Assembly (NCBI GenBank): GCA_964016885.1
Contig: OZ024752.1
Span: 39,246,001 to 39,310,000, forward strand
Source: Eledone cirrhosa
Taxonomy: Eukaryota
Length of the DNA stretch: 64,000 nt
Direction of reading: 5' to 3'
The notes under the pieces are model-generated. The model was not told the origin of the DNA. It worked only from the letters and a program-made list of their open reading frames with translations, and searched no databases. The translations under genes were made by a program, and so were the position numbers. This document shows, piece by piece, positions 45,829 to 58,304 of this stretch; the stretch's first letter is position 1, and each line of letters opens with the position of its first letter.

Positions 45829-46498
45829 TTTATACAATAAACTACAGGATGTTGGAGGAAGCAGTGTGATGTTTCACACATTCCATCTTATACAATAAAC
45901 TATTGGATGTTGGAGGAAACAGTGTGATATTTCATACACTCCACCTTATACAATAAACTACTGGATGCTGGGGGAAACAGTGTGATATTTCACACATTCC
46001 ACCTTATACAATAAACTACTGGATGCTGGGGGAAACAGTGTGATATTTCACATATGCCACCTTATACAATAAACTACTGGATGTTGGAGGAAAAAGTGTG
46101 ATATTTCACACATTCCACCTTATACAATAAACTACTGGATGCTGGGGGAAACAGTGTGATATTTCACATATGCCACCTTATACAATAAACTACTGGATGT
46201 TGGAGGAAACAGTGTGATATTTCACACATTCCACCTTATACAATAAACTACTGGATGTTGGAGGAAGCAGTGTGATATTTCACACATTCCACCTTATACA
46301 ATAAACTATTGGATGTTGGAGGAAAAAGTGTGATATTTCACACATTCCACCTTATACAATAAACTACTGGATGTTGGAGGAAACAGTGTGATATTTCACA
46401 CATTCCACCTTATACAATAAACTACTGGATGTTGGAGGAAGCAGTGTGATATTTCACACATTCCACCTTATACAATAAACTACTGGATGTTGGAGGAC
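45829..46498. repeat. 58-bp minisatellite, ~11.5 copies
   Basis: Unit ttatacaataaactactggatgttggaggaaacagtgtgatatttcacacattccacc; tatacaataa recurs at 45831, 45889, 45947 ... 46469. Confidence 0.95.
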
Positions 46499-46696
46499 AA
46501 AGTGAAAGCAGAGTATATTTGGAACAACATATCTGTTAATTAATAATCCTAGATCTGTTTGATCAGTGTTAACTTTAGGATCAAATAACAGAATCACTGA
46601 TGAGGTTCTTAATTCTATCAACAAATGAGACTTTCTCATAAGTAATTGTTTTGAAAATAAAATCAATCTTTATATTAGAAACATAATATTACTTAC

Positions 46697-46763
46697 AACA
46701 GCTGTGTATTTGTGTGATTTGTGTGATTAATAAAAGTTTCAAAAATAACAGATGCAATTCCAT
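46697..46763 (-). CDS. Ig-superfamily receptor, start/signal-peptide exon (MELHLLFLKLLLITQITQIHSC)
   Basis: Acceptor ttttatatacag 3 nt before the ATG, implying an upstream non-coding exon; hydrophobic leader; gtaagt donor in phase 1. Confidence 0.82.
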
Positions 46764-47559
46764 TATCTGTATATAAAAGAAAAATGTTGATATGAACAAC
46801 AATATTTTCTACAAATAAGGAACATGTAGTCAATGAAAGGACAATGTAAAGAATCATTTGACATTAATGGTTTCTGATTGAGGCACAAGGTCAACAATTA
46901 TGGGTGAGGGGAATATCAATTAAATCAACCTCAGTGCATTACTGGTACTTTATTTTGTTGACAACGTAAGGATGAAGAGCAAAGATAACCTTGGTGGGAT
47001 TTGAACTCAGAACATAGCGGGCCATTATTATATGCCACAAGGCATGTAGTCTGACACTCTATTAATATTGTGAAAACACTGACCTAAATAATGCTTTCTA
47101 ATTTAGGTACAAAAACAACAATTTTAGGGGTAAGCCAATTAACTCGACCCCAGTGTGTTACTGGTACTTTGTTTTATTGACAACATAAAGATGATAGGCA
47201 AAGCTAACCATGGCAGGATATGAACTCAGAATGTAACGGGCTTCAACTATATGCCACAAAAAATGTTGACTAATGCTCTATTGATACTGTCAACCAAATA
47301 CCCTAAATAAGAATTTGACATTAATAAAAGAAATTTGTTTATGCATAAAACAAAAACTGTCTAAACATTATAGTGGCTCAACATGTAGTAGAAGGGTGAC
47401 CTTATAAAGATACTAGAGCCACTATATCTTGCTAAATTTCCATCTTCCATCTACATTGAATTTGATATGCCAGACTAGCTGTCCCAAATGTAAAGGTACT
47501 GATGTTTCATTTGAATGTGTATTAGACATATATGAAATTACAAGTTAGCTCCTTCAAAT

Positions 47560-48160
47560 CATTTTCTCCGTTGATCATAGCAACCTGGAAGTAATTTTCT
47601 GTGAGTGTCCTTAGCTCATCAGTTACAATTTTTTTTCAACAGTCCCAAAATGATGACCCTTCAGCTGCAATTTCAACTTAGGAAAGAGGTAGAAACGACA
47701 CAGAGTTCAATCTGAGCTGTTGTAAAGATGTGGAAGAGTGGGAATGTTTTTCTTTGCTAGAAATTCTCAAATTGAAAAGGCTGTGTTTGGGCACTACCTT
47801 TACACAAAATTTTCACATGTGCAAATGGTCTGTTAAAATTCTGTGAACTGCATTTTTATCCAAGCCCATCTCTTCTGCAATCATCCTAACACATAATCAG
47901 CAATCTTTCCTTATCACCCCTCATACTACTTCTACATTGTGTTCATTTGTTGACGAGATTGACCTTCCAGAATGAGATCAGTCTTCAGCATTTTCCTGGC
48001 CCTGTTTGAAAGCTTTGTACCTCTTAAAAACCTTACTTTCCAATAGAGTGGCATCTTCATAATCTTGTGTTAAAGAATTACATGTTTCAATGGAAGATTT
48101 GTTGAGTTTCACATAAAATTTGATTGCGTTCTATTATTTAATTTTTTTCCTGCATCGCAA
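47560..48160 (-). mobile_element. Degenerate mariner transposase relic
   Basis: AIKFYVKLNKSSIET...FKQG.E..ED...SGR...RMIAEEMGL...HRILTDHL...VVPK and FYLFPKLK motifs, with stops. Confidence 0.8.
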
Positions 48161-48535
48161 ACATAACAGACATTATAAACACATCTGTACATAAACATCA
48201 ATAATTCATGATTGGTTTAATTAATCATGTTGAAACAAGTATGCATGTGTAGCCAAGGTCATAACCAACACATTTATATACATAACCGAGGTGCTGCATT
48301 ACCGTGTTAAACATATAAAAACCAGTAGTTTTGTGATAAGCCTCATATGTTGGCGTTGTGAATAAAGTCAGAATGACCAAGAAATACCTCAGTGGACATA
48401 AAATATTATAAAAGTCAGAGTTGTTTATATTCAATGAGACACAACTCATATTGCTGGTATGGGTGTGTGGTACATATGAAAGAAAGCTGTAAGAATCGTT
48501 TGAATAAAAAAAATATAAAGTAAATTTATTGTCTT

Positions 48536-49125
48536 TTAGAACTTTCCAAATGTATCATATCTCGCATCATTGCTGTCAATAAATAATTTAGCAACTTCTT
48601 CACAACTGATCTTTTTCAAAACATCACTATGAACGTGGCATGAGTCAACCTTTGCTGAGTCATGGTTGATCGCAGCTTCAGAAGAACTGGTTGGAAACAC
48701 TAAAAGTAGCCTGAGTAATCGCTCAACATTTAGAAACATGTGACGGACTACTGGTTGCATTTCACCGAATATTTTACGATGATCCTTGAGAGATGATCCA
48801 TTATGATGATTTCTATAAAAAAGTATTTCGTTCCTTAAAAAAAAATTCATCAAGTTCTGGATAATGCATGATCACTTCAGCACAAAAATTTCCATTGAAA
48901 TTGCTCAGTTTTTCATAATCTGCTAAATCCTGTGAAAAAAATAATCTTTCAAATTTGCTATAGCAGTGTCCACTAGCTGCAAATACTGCACTTTGTAATG
49001 ATCCAAAACAGTGCAGTGTTGATATTTTAACACATTTCCATCTTGGTATCTTTTAGGAATTTTTCGTTGCTTGGGTAGTTCCAAAGGAGAAGTATCGAGT
49101 TGATAAATCAATCTTTCTGCTTTTT
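48536..49125 (-). mobile_element. Degenerate hAT (ZMYM1-like) transposase C-terminal relic
   Basis: LPKQRKIPKRYQD...YKVQYLQLVD.AI..L and MFLNVERLLRLLLVFPTSSSEA (hAT dimerisation motif). Confidence 0.72.
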
Positions 49126-51651
49126 ACGTGAAACTTGTTTTATTCCATTTGAATTCCCATTTCAAGGGCAACTTCCTCTCAAAGTATTTGCGCCAATTTT
49201 GGATATATTAAATTACAGACAAGACACAACCACAGAGTTTTAGTAGTATACTAGATCACTCGTGACTCGTTGAGTCACGTTCACTTCAAAGTATTTTTTT
49301 TAAAATCATGTTCACTTAAAAATAAATTTTAAATAATTAAAATATACACAGACGTGTATATAATGTGAAATGAAACTGGAAGGCCCATATATATATACAT
49401 GTGTGTATGTATATGTGTGTGTGTATATACATATATATATGTGTGTGTGTATACATAAATATATATATGTGTGTGTGTATATATATATATGTGGGTGTCT
49501 GATCTATATACACTGGTCATAGACACACACACATATATATATAGACACACACACTCACACATATATATATATATATATATACACACCACCACCAGCTCTC
49601 TTCCATTCTCCTTCTCTGTCTCCTCTCCCTCTCTCTATGTCTCTCTTTCAATCTACTCTCTCACAACCACTATCTCTTCCTCTCTCTTTGTTTATGAAGG
49701 TACTTGGAAAAAAACCCATATCTCGGGAACCCGTGGCCCGATTTACGCAAAACTTGTTTCATTCCATCTGTATTCCCATTTCAGGGTCAACTTCCTTTCA
49801 AAGTATTTTCCCATTATGCACCGTTTTGGATGTATTAAATTACAGACAAACCACAATCATGGAGTTTTAATAGTAAATAGACAAGAAAAGGAATAAAAAC
49901 AGAAGGTAACAAATAATGAGAGAGTAAAAATGAATTCAGAAGTAAAAACAAAGTGAGAAAAATAACCAACAACATACAAAACAACTATCACTTGCCCCTC
50001 TGTCTCAAATACACAACAACATACTCTGTTACTTTCTCTTTCTTTAAACTACGCACTAGATCAAAAAGGGCAAACTGTTAAAGTATCGTCCACTCTCTAA
50101 TAGGATAGGTTTGTGGTAGTGTTTGTAGCAGTGGAGACTTCCGGCTTTGTTGACCCCTAGAACAGATCCCTACTCACTGCTAACAAAGTGGAGTTGGTTA
50201 CCTGCAAGCGCTAGCCCCACCATGTGGAATAGCTGTTCCAGTGTGTCTCCCTCATCATACTGTAGGGCAATGTCTCCTCCACTCTCTCCACCACTACCAC
50301 AAGATGGACTGACCTTTGAACAATAAGTGGTAAACAGTGGTGGACTGGGTCTAAAAATATTGTTTGCCAGGAGATAAAGGGGGCCCACCCATATATAGAA
50401 TGGTATCATTTGATTTTTATAATGAATAAATAACATTTTCAAAAAAATACATAAGTGAAAACAAAACAGTGCAATCAAAACTTTGCGGAAAAAATGTGTA
50501 TTTTTTTACTAATTACAGTGTATATATATGGTACATATTACTGGCAGTATACAGTAATACTAAATGTTAATACAAAATATTATAATTGAATTTTTAAATA
50601 ATTGTGAATGTATAGTATACTGTTATTTAGAGTAGAGTATGAAAGTGATCATTCCTACCTCGTCCAATAAAAAGTATAAAGTGAAATATACAACTCCAGA
50701 GACTTTCAATAATGACCTTGGTCTTTCACAATCACTCAATATATAGTGAAAGAAATGTTCCTACTGTTTCTCTATTTGACTTGGCCAATAAAAACCGACT
50801 TTTGACAACACTTAGAGAAAAACACTTGAAGAATACGGATGCTAGATTTAACGACACTAAGAATGGAGAAGATAGCGGGAGGTCATATAAATAGGCTGTC
50901 CTGAAATCAGTGGACAGAGAGAATTTTCTATCACCAAAAGAAAACGTCACCTACTCTTGTCACTGACCTTTGATTGCTACAATATCTTGTGATTCTCTAT
51001 TTCAACATAACGGAATAACAGCAAAAAACATTGTCAACCTTTATTCTTTGTTCCTTTATTCGCTGAACTGAAGTAAATTTTATATTTAAATGAAACTATT
51101 TATTTTGTCATGTTATTTCATTTCTAACAACACTTACTAACTTCACTTCACATATAAGTATATACAGCTGCGAGGGAGACGAAGATACTAAATCAGAAAC
51201 TAAAGTTCTCTTTTTAGCATATAGATTTACAATATTTTTCACTATCTGTAGTAAAACACATGCTAAGTGTACGTTTCCCAATAGTATGTTCATAGTTTAA
51301 TATAGAATTGTTTGATTGACAGCAAGTCGCAACATACATAGATTAGTATAGGGCTTCTATGTTTGTGGGATCATAGAGCAACTATTCAGCATGCTCAGAT
51401 TAAAAAATGTTCATAGATTTGTTTTTAGGGATAAAATGCCAATTAATCTACTTAAGTCAAAGTATGTGGAAATACAACAAAACACAATGCCCTACTAAAG
51501 ATCCTGTTAATACAGGGTGGGGCATAATTCCTGTTTTAAATCAATTTAAAAATACATTATGTTGCTAATATAACTAATATATTTGTATCAAATCCATGCA
51601 CTATAACCATATTAACTATTTTTCAGAAAATTACTCCATTAACTATTTGCA

Positions 51652-52731
51652 ATGTCCATAGAATTGAAAAGAAAGTTCATTATAGAGAAGCATGAAAAAG
51701 GCCTGACTCCACCCAAGATATTTAAACTGGGGAAAATTCTTAAGATCAATAGAATGTTGATCAAAACAACAATTAATCGATTTAAGGACACTTCCTCACC
51801 CAAAGACAGACCTCAATCCGGACACCCTCGCACCTCAAGAACACCAAAACTTGTTAAAAGTGTGAGGGAAAAAATAAGGCGTAATCCAAGAAGGTCCATG
51901 AGAAAAATGGCAGAAGAAGCAGAAACATCGCCGAGAACTATACGGAGGATATGTCGAGATGATCTGGGGATGTCACCCTATAAGTTCCAAAAGAGGCAGC
52001 TTCTTTCTGCAGCCACAATTGAAAATAGGCTCTCGAGAAGTAAACTGTTATTGGACCGTATCAAGGATGGCACGCTGCAAAACATGACCTTTACAGATGA
52101 GAAGTTATTCACTGTGCAGCAGTCTCACAATCATCAAAATGATCGAGTACTTGCAAAAAGTCCCAAATCAATTCCTTCAAGTGTAGGAAAAGTGTTCAGA
52201 ACAGGGAAACCAGCATCAGTGATGGATTGGGCAGCCATTTCTGAAAGAGGGAAGTCTCCTCTGATTTTTGTGCCTCAAGGAGTTAAAATTAACAAAGAAC
52301 TTTGCATAAAGGATATTTTGGAAGGAGCACTGATGCCATGGTGCATATCTGTTTATGGCGATGACATTTGGACTCTCCAACAAGATGGAGCGATGAGCCA
52401 CACTGCTTGCGTAACACAACAGTGGTGTAGAGACCATTGTCCTGCATGGATCAGTAAGGAAGAGTGGCCTCCGACATCACCAGATCTCAACCCTCTCGAT
52501 TTTTCCTTATGGTCAATTCTTGAGAGTGAAGCCTGCTCTACTCCTAGCCAAAATATTGAAACTCTAAAATCAAAACTGAATAAAGTATGGGAGAAAATAC
52601 CCATGGAAACTGTTCGTGCAGCCATCGAAGACTTTCCTACAAGTCTTCGAGCAGTAGTGAGAGCTAGAGGAAAGCATTTCGAATACATTTTTGGGCAGTT
52701 GTTTAATAGTATATTACTTACTATTTGTTGA
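51652..52731 (+). CDS. DD37D transposase, uninterrupted 359-aa ORF
   Basis: HTH region; FTDEK, QQDGA and WPPTSPDLNPLD motifs, with exactly 37 residues between the second and third Asp. Confidence 0.92.
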   Translation: MSIELKRKFIIEKHEKGLTPPKIFKLGKILKINRMLIKTTINRFKDTSSPKDRPQSGHPRTSRTPKLVKSVREKIRRNPRRSMRKMAEEAETSPRTIRRICRDDLGMSPYKFQKRQLLSAATIENRLSRSKLLLDRIKDGTLQNMTFTDEKLFTVQQSHNHQNDRVLAKSPKSIPSSVGKVFRTGKPASVMDWAAISERGKSPLIFVPQGVKINKELCIKDILEGALMPWCISVYGDDIWTLQQDGAMSHTACVTQQWCRDHCPAWISKEEWPPTSPDLNPLDFSLWSILESEACSTPSQNIETLKSKLNKVWEKIPMETVRAAIEDFPTSLRAVVRARGKHFEYIFGQLFNSILLTIC

Positions 52732-52909
52732 GGGTGGTGGATTGGCAGTATCGGTAGAGGGTCGGACGCCATGCTTTCCAGCATAGTTACGTCCCTTTAC
52801 GATCTGAGTTCAAATCCCGCCGAGGTTGACTTTGCCTTTCATCCTAACGGGGTCGATAAAATAAAGTACCAGTAATGCACTGCGTAATTGCTGGCCTAAA
52901 GTAGAAACA
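52732..52909 (+). mobile_element. Meta-type SINE nested in the maT 3' end with 19-bp TSD
   Basis: attacttactatttgttga occurs at 52713-52731 and 52910-52928. Confidence 0.9.
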
Positions 52910-54119
52910 ATTACTTACTATTTGTTGAAGTCAGATCTTGAAATAAATGTTTTTTTAAAGAACTATTTGCATTTTATTTTGTAACAGTTTTTATGCCCCA
53001 CCCTGTAGATGTTAAGATGATTAATATTAAAGGATGGACTTTCAGCTCGTCTCCATTTAGCCACATCCTGTTTATCATATATAGAATTAAATTTCATGTA
53101 TTTATCTTCCATATTAATTCAGGAAAAAGATACACAATGACTAAAGTTGATCTTTAATAATTTATTTCTAAATTACAATATAAAAAATGAAAAAAAATAA
53201 GAAATGTTTCTATAGCTGGATGCCCTTCCTAACACCAATCTCATTTACAATGTGGGCTGGGTGTTTTTTTGCCGTGGCAACCCCATGACCACTTTGCAGT
53301 GGAATGATAGGGACCCCGGTCCTATCATCTCATTTCTACAGCTGAGTAAACTGGAGCAATGTGAAATAAAGTGTCTTGCTCAAGGAAACAACACATCACC
53401 CGGTCCTAGAATTGAACTCACAACCTTTCGATTGCAAGCCCAATGCTCTAACCACTAAGTCATGTGCCTTCACATATTATTTCAGGAAAAAGAAACACAA
53501 TGACTAAAGTTGATTTTTTAATAATTTATTTCTAAATTACAATATAAAATAAGCAAAAAGTTTAACAATTATATTGTATAACTACCAACCAGAACTTAGT
53601 TAAGGTAGCTAATGATAAATTGAAATGAAATAATGGTACAAAGATGAGATATTCATAGTTTTTAAGCTAATTTTTTAAGTCAAATTTTCTCTTTTATTAT
53701 TTTACATTTTCCAGCCAAAAGGCTGTGGCCATGCTGGGGCACCACCATTATTGACTTTACTGTTTAAAAATGAAGCGTGTGTGTGTCTGCATATATATGT
53801 CATCATCATCATCGTTTGGCATCCGATTTCCCTGCTAGAAATAACCTTTTATTCTCTTTTGTATCTCATCCTAATTATGTACACAGTATAAAAATACATG
53901 CAAAAATGTTTTTTTTAATATAATCTTTGATAAATCCTCATTAAAATGTTTCTTTAATCTTTGTTTTATTTTTCCACATCTATTTAGAAATATTACACAA
54001 TAGTTGAATAATTTTCAGAAAAACTGTTTTATTTAAAAAGATTGAATGAAATAAAAGTGATTTAATAAATGAAGTTTAAGAATAATTTTTAATAGTTTTA
54101 ATATTAGTATAATTCAGAC

Positions 54120-54321
54120 TTAAATCAAAGGTTTCCAACCTTTATATGTTCTGATCAAAATATTTGGATCTGTAGCTAAATCAATAACTGCTGCAGTCTG
54201 TTGCTCAACAGTAAGATGTTTCTGTGGAAGTGTATACCGAATATTGTCTTCAGCACCAAAAATAATTGAAGCTGCATGTTCCAAGGCACCATTTACATGT
54301 GAATTCAGAGCTATTTCATCC
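54120..54321 (-). CDS. PRKDC: DNA-PKcs last coding exon (FATC domain)
   Basis: RDEIAL...DNIR...LTVEQQTAAVIDLATDPNILIRTYKGWKPLI*; human reads [31 protein letters not shown]. Minus-strand AATAAA at 54028-54033. Confidence 0.93.
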
Positions 54322-55121
54322 CTTTAAATAAAAAATTAAAAAGAGTAGACATTTCAAATATGGGCTATTTTATCCCTAAAAACAAATCTATGAGCATTTT
54401 TGAAACTGAACATGCTGAATAGTTGCCATATGATTCCATGAGGATAGAAGCCCCTTACTAATCTATGTGCATGTATGTGTGTGGAGGGGGGGGGGGGGGA
54501 CTATTCCCAGTATACTCAATGCAGGTTGAGTTTGTACTGAGTACATTTATTATGTAGAACTAAAAGTTCCTCTCAATCCTTTGTTTGGCAAGTTTTCTAT
54601 GGCTGGATGCCCTTTCTATCACCAACCATTTTACATCAGGTATTGGGTGCATTTATTGTCTAGATCACCAAAATTAGGGAGGCTGTCATGTCCTTCACAC
54701 AACTGAAGGATCTTCCCAACCCTTTATTTCACAAGCTTTCTATGGATGGGTACTCTATCTATCACCAACCACTTTACTACTGGGTGTATTTATCATGTAG
54801 ATCACCAACACTAGCAAGGAAACATGAACAGCTATTTTCACAGCCCAATTCAGTGTCACATGAATGACTACACAAAAGCCTAATGTTTGAAGAAAAAACA
54901 GATCTAAACAGCTAAATCTCACATCTAAATACAAAACTGATATAACCAGCTAAATTCCACCTTTAATTACAAAACAGATATGAAAAGCTAAATCTCACAT
55001 CTAATATAAAACAGATAAAAACAGCCAAACCTCACATCTAAATATAAAACACATATAAACAGGTAAATTTAACTTTTAATTAAAAAACAGATATAAACAC
55101 CTAAATCTCACCTTTAATTAC

Positions 55122-55372
55122 AAATTAACTGTTTCCCTAACCATATTACTAATAGAATACACTGTCAATATGTTTAAATTAACTGTTTTCTAATCATATT
55201 ACTAATAGAATACACTGCCAATATGTTTAAATTAACTGTTTTCTAATCATATTACTAATAGAATACACTGCCAATATGTTTAAATTAACTGTTTTCTAAT
55301 CATATTACTAATAGAATACACAGCCAATATGTTTAAATGTTTAAATTAACTGTTTTCTAACCATATTACTAC
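55122..55372. repeat. 53-bp minisatellite, ~4.5 copies, preceded by a degenerate ~39-bp repeat at 54830-55120
   Basis: aaattaactgttttctaatcatattactaatagaatacactgccaatatgttt is repeated. Confidence 0.9.
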
Positions 55373-55839
55373 CAGTGTGTTTGAATTAGTTTTCAAAGTA
55401 ATTAAGACTTTTGAAGGAATTTAGTAAAATAACAAACTTTTGACAATAATATTGGTGTTTGAAAAATAATAAGTTCTGACATAAAATTAAGATACAAACA
55501 CTTTAAAACAAGAGATATTGTATCAAAGAACCAGAAGCATTATTAGGCCTTAAGGGCAGTTCTGTCTCATCCTGGTGCGGAGAAACAAGAGGCAACCTCA
55601 GTAACAGATCCTTTTGTTCTGTTATAAGAGATTTGAATTTTGATAATGCAGTAGAAAAAGATAAGTCCTCAGACCACTGGAGCAAGATGAAATAAAACGT
55701 CTTGCTCAATGACAAAACATGCTGTCTTGTGGTCCAGGAATTGAACTCACAACCTTACGATCTTGAACTGAACAACCTAACCACTAATCCATATACCACC
55801 ATAAAAGATTAGTATAAAACAAATATAATATGATATTAC

Positions 55840-55930
55840 CTGGTAATGTAAGCAGGATGATCCCCATCTAACTTGCGTTTAACAAATTCAATTTTCTCCC
55901 TAGGATACCAAGAAGGGTCATCCTCGTCAC
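55840..55930 (-). CDS. PRKDC: DNA-PKcs exon
   Basis: SDEDDPSWYPREKIEFVKRKLDGDHPAYIT (human [23 protein letters not shown]); 91 nt, phase 1-2. Confidence 0.93.
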
Positions 55931-56925
55931 CTAAAAGATAGGAAAAAAAAATTAGCATTTTACAAGCATCTAGTTTTTCAAACCATCTCAGTCACTGATT
56001 GTGCCTTAGTTTACCTCCAACATCCTTATTGAATGAATGGCTAGCAGAGGAAAAGCATTTAGTTGTAAAAGCAACTGTATTCATAAGTCATCAAACATTG
56101 CCAAGCAAATATAAATAAATGTACAACAGAATAAACTATTGAAATACCATGATCTATTGCATGCCCTTATGTGTTGCAAGGAGCATGTTGAGCCGGTGCT
56201 TATCCCAGTTTCTCATGATCTATTAGTAAACTACATTTTCCAGTTTACAACATTTGAGAAGTTTGATAGTACTGGGCTATAGACATCATTGTTTCTGTTA
56301 TTGTTCCAGGTTTACCTTACTGAAACATGAGATAATTGTTTCTACTTTAGGCACAAGGCCAGCAATTACCCAGTGCATTACTGGTACTTACTGAAACATG
56401 AGAGATAATGCTCATGAGGGAGCTTCAGTAGTCCAGCACCTTAGCCTTGCTACCAAGTGCAGTACTGCCATGAATGTCACTCTTGGTTAACTTCAAAAAC
56501 TTTTAGAGGGAAGTACCAACATTTCCTGTTGTAACATATAGTTGTGCTTGTTTTTCCATTTTTTTTTGTTTTCTTTTTCTTTAATTTCTGTCTATTTTTT
56601 ATTGGTTTTTCTTTTTTTTCTTTCTGGCAAACCATAAACATTACATAACTTAGGGAAAAGAATCAAATGAGTTGGGGACAATTATTCTGTGGTGATAAAT
56701 TTAAACAAAAGACAATTATTAGAGTTAAGAAACATAGAGAGCCGCAGAAGGAAGTAATAGCTCTTATTAATATTTCTATGGCTAAATAGATACTTAAAAT
56801 AAAAATAATTTGTGTCTTTCATATAAGCAATCTCGCAATAGTGAATAAAAAGAGAAAAAAATGATTATATTCAATATTCTGACAAGCCGTAAGAGTGAAA
56901 ATGAGAAATTATGTAATTTACTTAC

Positions 56926-56968
56926 TGAATATTTCTGTTTTTCTGCTCATTTTGTTTTGAGCATTTTT
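56926..56968 (-). CDS. PRKDC: DNA-PKcs 43-nt small exon (KNAQNKMSRKTEIF)
   Basis: tttttcatag acceptor and gtaagt donor; phase 0-1 bridges the flanking exons exactly; corresponds to human KNFEQKM. Confidence 0.8.
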
Positions 56969-57241
56969 CTATGAAAAATAAAATACAGAAAAATGTAAAG
57001 CATCATCAGTACACTATAGCATATGTGAAAGTTTAAAGTTACATGAAAGACAGAGCAAATGAGTTGAGAAAGAGAATACAGATTAAGGCAGTTTCTTCTT
57101 TTCACCATAATCTCTTCTTTTTGAGTTATCTCTCTTTCGAAGGTGAAGCATTTATCTTGCCTTTTCTAATGGCTAGAATATATGTGGCTCGCCACACCTG
57201 CATACTCATAGATTTCTCCGCTAACTGGGGCAGTTGTGCCA

Positions 57242-57661
57242 CCACCACCACACCACCACCACCATCACCACCACACCACCACCACCAGCACCACACCACC
57301 ACCACACCACCACCACCACCACCACCACACCACCACACCACCACCACCGCCACCACCACTACCATCACCACCACCACCACACCACCACCACCACACCACC
57401 ACTACCACCACCACCACACCACCACCACCACCACCACCACACCACCGCCACCGCCACCACCACCACCAGCACCACACCACCACCAGCACCACACCACCAC
57501 CGCCACCGCCACCACCAGCACCACCGCCACCACCACACCACCACCACCAGCACCACACCACCACCACCACCACCAGCACCACCGCCGCCACCACACCACC
57601 ACCACCAGCACCACACCAGCACCACCGCCACCACCACACCACCACCGCCGCCACCACCACA
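57242..57661. repeat. (CAC/CCA)n low-complexity array between 35-bp direct repeats
   Basis: catagatttctccgctaactggggcagttgtgcca occurs at 57207-57241 and 57662-57696. Confidence 0.92.
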
Positions 57662-58304
57662 CATAGATTTCTCCGCTAACTGGGGCAGTTGTGCCAACCC
57701 ATTGTTGAATTAACAAACAATCATCTGCTAAGGTCATCTAATTAAACTGATGATCATCGTACGAGCTACTGCTTACTGTGAGAAAAGCAGGATTTTTTTT
57801 TTTATTGAGGCTTACTCCTCTAGATCTGTTCTGTTGGACTCTGCTATGATAGCCAAATGAGGCACCTTGGGAAGGAGGAAACTGTTCTCCACATCGCTCA
57901 GTATTCAAACTTAGAGAGGCTAGGTGCTTCCAGAAATCCCTGGCCTGGCAGTGCTACTGGAGAGCATTGCCGGTTCGAGATAAGCTCTACAGGCACGGAA
58001 GTGTCATCAGCCAAGCCTGTCCGAGATGCGCGCAGAGCGACGAGACCGTCGTGCACGCACTCATTCAGTGCCCGAGCATTGCTGTCGTGTGTAGGACCGA
58101 TCCAATTATCGACTGAGTTCATTGTGCAGATGGTCTTAATGAGCATATATTGTACATCATTAGTTAACTGAGTGGCATATTGAACAGACACTGGGACACA
58201 CGGGGGACACCACAAAAGACCATCCAGTGCCAACCAGTGAAATCTGTTACAGATCTGCACACACTTAAATTAACATATACATATTTACACATCCACATGA
58301 TATA

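Larger units (their letters stand above)
51513..53005 (+). mobile_element. maT (DD37D) Tc1/mariner DNA transposon with TIRs and TA target duplication
   Basis: TA|CAGGGTGGGGCATAA..CTGTT at 51511 and its reverse complement ending at 53005|TA. Confidence 0.93.

Noticed and set aside
45829-46498. CRISPR-like regular repeat array
   Set aside because: Contiguous 58-bp units without unique spacers, eukaryotic intron, no cas genes. The same applies to the 81-, 53-, 43- and 40-bp arrays.
49125-49875. Duplicated ~125-bp segment with a Helentron/DINE-like atatctc...ccgattt motif
   Set aside because: The duplication (49125-49250 versus 49742-49875) is real, but termini were not identified, so no family is assigned.
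52732-52830. tRNA gene-like A/B boxes
   Set aside because: Head of a multi-copy SINE with a TSD; no complete cloverleaf.
57043-57737. Pro/His/Thr-rich ORFs
   Set aside because: (CAC)n low-complexity array open in most frames inside a PRKDC intron; 43158-43502 and 8594-8828 are similar.
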